A DNA stretch of 64,000 nucleotides from Eledone cirrhosa (lineage: Eukaryota), in the NCBI GenBank assembly GCA_964016885.1, contig CAXHJY010001738.1:425359-489358 (forward strand). Reading direction: 5' to 3'. Of this stretch, positions 57,383 to 64,000 are shown piece after piece. The position numbers were made by a program, and so were the translations under genes. Position 1 is the first letter of the stretch. The number at the start of each line of letters is the position of its first letter. The notes under the pieces were generated by a model. The model had not been told where the DNA came from. It did no database searches and saw nothing but the letters and a program-made list of their open reading frames with translations.

Positions 57383-57873
57383 CATACATATATATATATA
57401 TATATATGTAGATAAATCTACCAAGAGTTTACGGTAGTGTCCAATCCGTATGAAGAACTCAATGTATTCCGGATATCATGGAAAGAAGAGATGTAATGAA
57501 AATCCACTTTCGGTGAAAGATAAACGGTATACAGAGTCAAGATAAAATATTAAACAAATAATGAACAAACAATTCCTTATATCAAACAAAAAAAGTTCAC
57601 TATTTAACGATCGTTTCTAGGGTATATATGTGTTATAATTGGTATGCATATTTAACAGATCTATGTACAAAATTATACAAAATTATACAAATTATCATTT
57701 CATTATAATATTTAACTCCGTAATAGCACCACCAACTACAAAAACAAAGACGGTTGAACTGCTTTACGTTGAGTACTCTCTATATTATTGCATTACGATT
57801 GACCATACGGAATTGACCAGCTCTATACAGTGGTGAACCTCAAACCTGAATATATATATATATATATATATAC

Positions 57874-57924
<51 letters not shown>

Positions 57925-57925
57925 C

Positions 57926-57956
<31 letters not shown>

Positions 57957-57977
57957 CATACATATATATATATATAC

Positions 57978-58010
<33 letters not shown>

Positions 58011-58080
58011 CATATATATATACATATATATATTCATATATATATATATATATATATACATATATATATACATATATATA

Positions 58081-58687
58081 TGGTGGCTGCCAACTCGTTT
58101 TCGAGTACGGCCACTACTTTATATCCATGTAGGAGAACCCCTACCGAAGCGCTGAACGAGTGTGACTTTTTAGTCCAGCCAGCGACTTGAAAACTCTGGT
58201 ACAAACACTACACTTGTGACAATTATTGACACATAGTGCTGGGCCCATGGTACCATGTGAGGACAAGTGCAGAGAGATCTCCAGATATAAAGCAATGCCT
58301 GTGCCGTGAAGCTTTTATAGTGAGCAAAGGCACTGCACAAAGCCAGTCCCACTCTCTTAACCAAGATGATATTTACCAAAAAGAAGAACAAGTCAACATC
58401 ATTGGATACCATCAGGGTTGCAGGTGTTATATCAGAGTTTTCCTTCTCCTAGAATTCTGCCTTGACAAAGGCTAAAGGGTCATCTCTCCCGGTGATTTTG
58501 GATGGCCATTGACTCTTAAGAGCTCCTTTGCCTTTGACAGGTTTTGTTTTAGTCCTGCAGGATGTCCAAAGTCACCCTCCTCACCAAGAAACCTTGGTGG
58601 GGTTGCCAGTTTAGTCGCCAACGACCCGACCATGAGACAGGTTGTACTGGGATACATGTTACCAGTAGCACCAACTGGTGACCTGAC
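58081..58687 (-). mobile_element. RTE-derived bipartite element, copy 7 (full)
   Basis: Near-identical to copy 5. Confidence 0.88.
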
Positions 58688-58734
58688 ATATATATACATA
58701 TATGATATACATATATATATATATATATATATAC

Positions 58735-58917
<183 letters not shown>

Positions 58918-58922
58918 CATAT

Positions 58923-59023
<101 letters not shown>

Positions 59024-59052
59024 CATATATACATATATACATATATATATAT

Positions 59053-59083
<31 letters not shown>

Positions 59084-59192
59084 TACATATATATATACAT
59101 ATATATATACATATATATATATATATACATATATATATACATATATATATACATATATATATATATATACATATATATATACATATATATAC

Positions 59193-59235
<43 letters not shown>

Positions 59236-59302
59236 TACATATATATATATATATACATATATATATACATATATATATACATATATATACATATATATAT
59301 AC

Positions 59303-59425
<123 letters not shown>

Positions 59426-59458
59426 TACATATATATATATATACATATATATATATAC

Positions 59459-59715
<257 letters not shown>

Positions 59716-59792
59716 CATATATACATATATATTCATATACATATATATATATATACATATATATATACATATATACATATATATTCATATAC

Positions 59793-59871
<79 letters not shown>

Positions 59872-59958
59872 CATATATATATACATATATATATACATAT
59901 ATATATACATATATATATACATATATATATACATATATATATATACATATATATATAT

Positions 59959-59989
<31 letters not shown>

Positions 59990-60004
59990 TACATATATAT
60001 ATAC

Positions 60005-60035
<31 letters not shown>

Positions 60036-60048
60036 CATATATATATAC

Positions 60049-60114
<66 letters not shown>

Positions 60115-60115
60115 A

Positions 60116-60191
<76 letters not shown>

Positions 60192-60200
60192 CATATATAC

Positions 60201-60313
<113 letters not shown>

Positions 60314-60314
60314 C

Positions 60315-60376
<62 letters not shown>

Positions 60377-60552
60377 GTATATAAATCCAGCCTCCTGTCA
60401 TTTCATTATAATATTTAACTCCGTAATAGCACCACCAACTACAAAAACAAAGACGGTTGAACTGCTTTACGTTGAGTACTCTCTATATTATTGCATTACG
60501 ATTGACCATACGGAATTGACCAGCTCTATACAGTGGTGAACCTCAAACCTGA

Positions 60553-60631
<79 letters not shown>

Positions 60632-60632
60632 C

Positions 60633-60663
<31 letters not shown>

Positions 60664-60684
60664 CATACATATATATATATATAC

Positions 60685-60715
<31 letters not shown>

Positions 60716-60728
60716 CATATATATATAC

Positions 60729-60763
<35 letters not shown>

Positions 60764-60785
60764 CATATATATATACATATATATA

Positions 60786-61393
60786 TGGTGGCTGCCAACT
60801 CGTTTTCGAGTACGGCCACTACTTTATATCCATGTAGGAGAACCCTACCGAAGCGCTGAACGAGTGTGACTTTTTAGTCCAGCCAGCGACTTGAAAACTC
60901 TGGTACAAACACTACACTTGTGACAATTATTGACACATAGTGCTGGGCCCATGGTACCATGTGAGGACAAGTGCAGAGAGATCTCCAAATATAAAGCAAT
61001 GCCTGTGCCGTGAAGCTTTTATAGTGAGCAAAGGCACTGCACAAAGCCAGTCCCACTCTCTTAACCAAGATGATATTTACCAAAAAGAAGAACAAGTCAA
61101 CATCATTGGATACCATCAGGGTTGCAGGTGTTATATCAGAGTTTTCCTTCTCCTAGAATTCTGCCTTGACAAAGGCTAAAGGGTCATCTCTCCCGGTGAT
61201 TTTGGATGGCCATTGACTCTTAAGAGCTCCTTTGCCCTTTGACAGGTTTTGTTTTTAGTCCTGCAGGATGTCCAAAGTCACCCTCCTCACCAAGAAACCT
61301 TGGTGGGGTTGCCAGTTTAGTCGCCAACGACCCGACCATGAGACAGGTTGTACTGGGATACATGTTACCAGTAGCACCAACTGGTGACCTGAC
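60786..61393 (-). mobile_element. RTE-derived bipartite element, copy 8 (full)
   Basis: Near-identical to copy 5. Confidence 0.88.
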
Positions 61394-63335
<1,942 letters not shown>

Positions 63336-63721
63336 CACACATACGCACGGAATCACTACTATTAAAGACCAGAGACCAATTCTGTAGAATCAGGTTTATT
63401 CGTTGACAGACCATGCCTTTGTGTGACCAACACATCCATGTTAAACCCTGCACGTGCACACACATATATCTATATATATATATGCGCACACAGAATTCAC
63501 CACTGTTGGTTGCGGGGCCCAATCTACATGAAGAACTCAATGTGATCAGAATGACTTGTATTTTAATTTCACTGCCCCAACTTCTTATATTATGGAAACA
63601 ATATATGTGTATGTATGTATATATATATATATATATTTGAAGGCCATTTCTCTGTGTGTGGGTGTATGTATGTGTGTGTGTGTGTGTGTGAGTATGTGTG
63701 TGCATGTGGATGTATGTATTG

Positions 63722-63760
<39 letters not shown>

Positions 63761-64000
63761 GGGTATCTGGATGTATGCGTATGTGTATATATATATATAT
63801 ATGCGTGTGTGTGTGTGTGTGTGTATATATATGTGTGTGTATGTGTGTATATATATGTGTGTGTGTGTGTGTGTGTATGTTTGTATGTGTGTATGTATAT
63901 ATATATGTGTGTGTGTATGTATGTGTGGGTGTGTGTGTGTGTGTGTGTATGTATGTGTGTATCTGGATGTATGTGTATGTATATATATGTGTGTGTGTGT
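63336..64000 (+). repeat. Dispersed copy of the ~6170-6800 segment followed by TG-rich microsatellite
   Basis: CTATTAAAGACCAGAGACC...GGCCATTTCTCTGTGTG matches 6234-6530. Confidence 0.9.

Overview
This is a gene-free, extremely repetitive eukaryotic window. Composition suggests an invertebrate with a microsatellite-rich genome, such as a cephalopod or penaeid shrimp (inference only). Roughly half or more is irregular (TA)n/(TA)nCA microsatellite, and the long poly-IY/YI ORFs in the track are artefacts of it. Embedded in these arrays is a retroelement assemblage: (1) Penelope-like elements (PLEs), comprising one near-complete frameshifted RT+GIY-YIG copy with an upstream pseudo-LTR and several 3' fragments; (2) a near-full-length CR1-group LINE plus a truncated inverted copy; (3) an RTE-clade LINE with an intact APE-RT ORF and three C2H2 fingers; (4) eight copies of a ~0.6 kb non-autonomous element fusing an RTE-type 5'UTR to an RTE-type 3' end. 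The most striking signal is a set of about six distinct families of minimal type I hammerhead ribozymes. They include a near-perfect 310-bp tandem array with one ribozyme per unit and extensive self-complementarity (a retrozyme/circRNA-like element), U3-A8 core variants, and one with a ~120-nt stem II. The window also contains many fold-back inversions and mosaic duplications, which could be biological or amplification/assembly artefacts. All calls were made by eye; no folding, alignment or database search was run.
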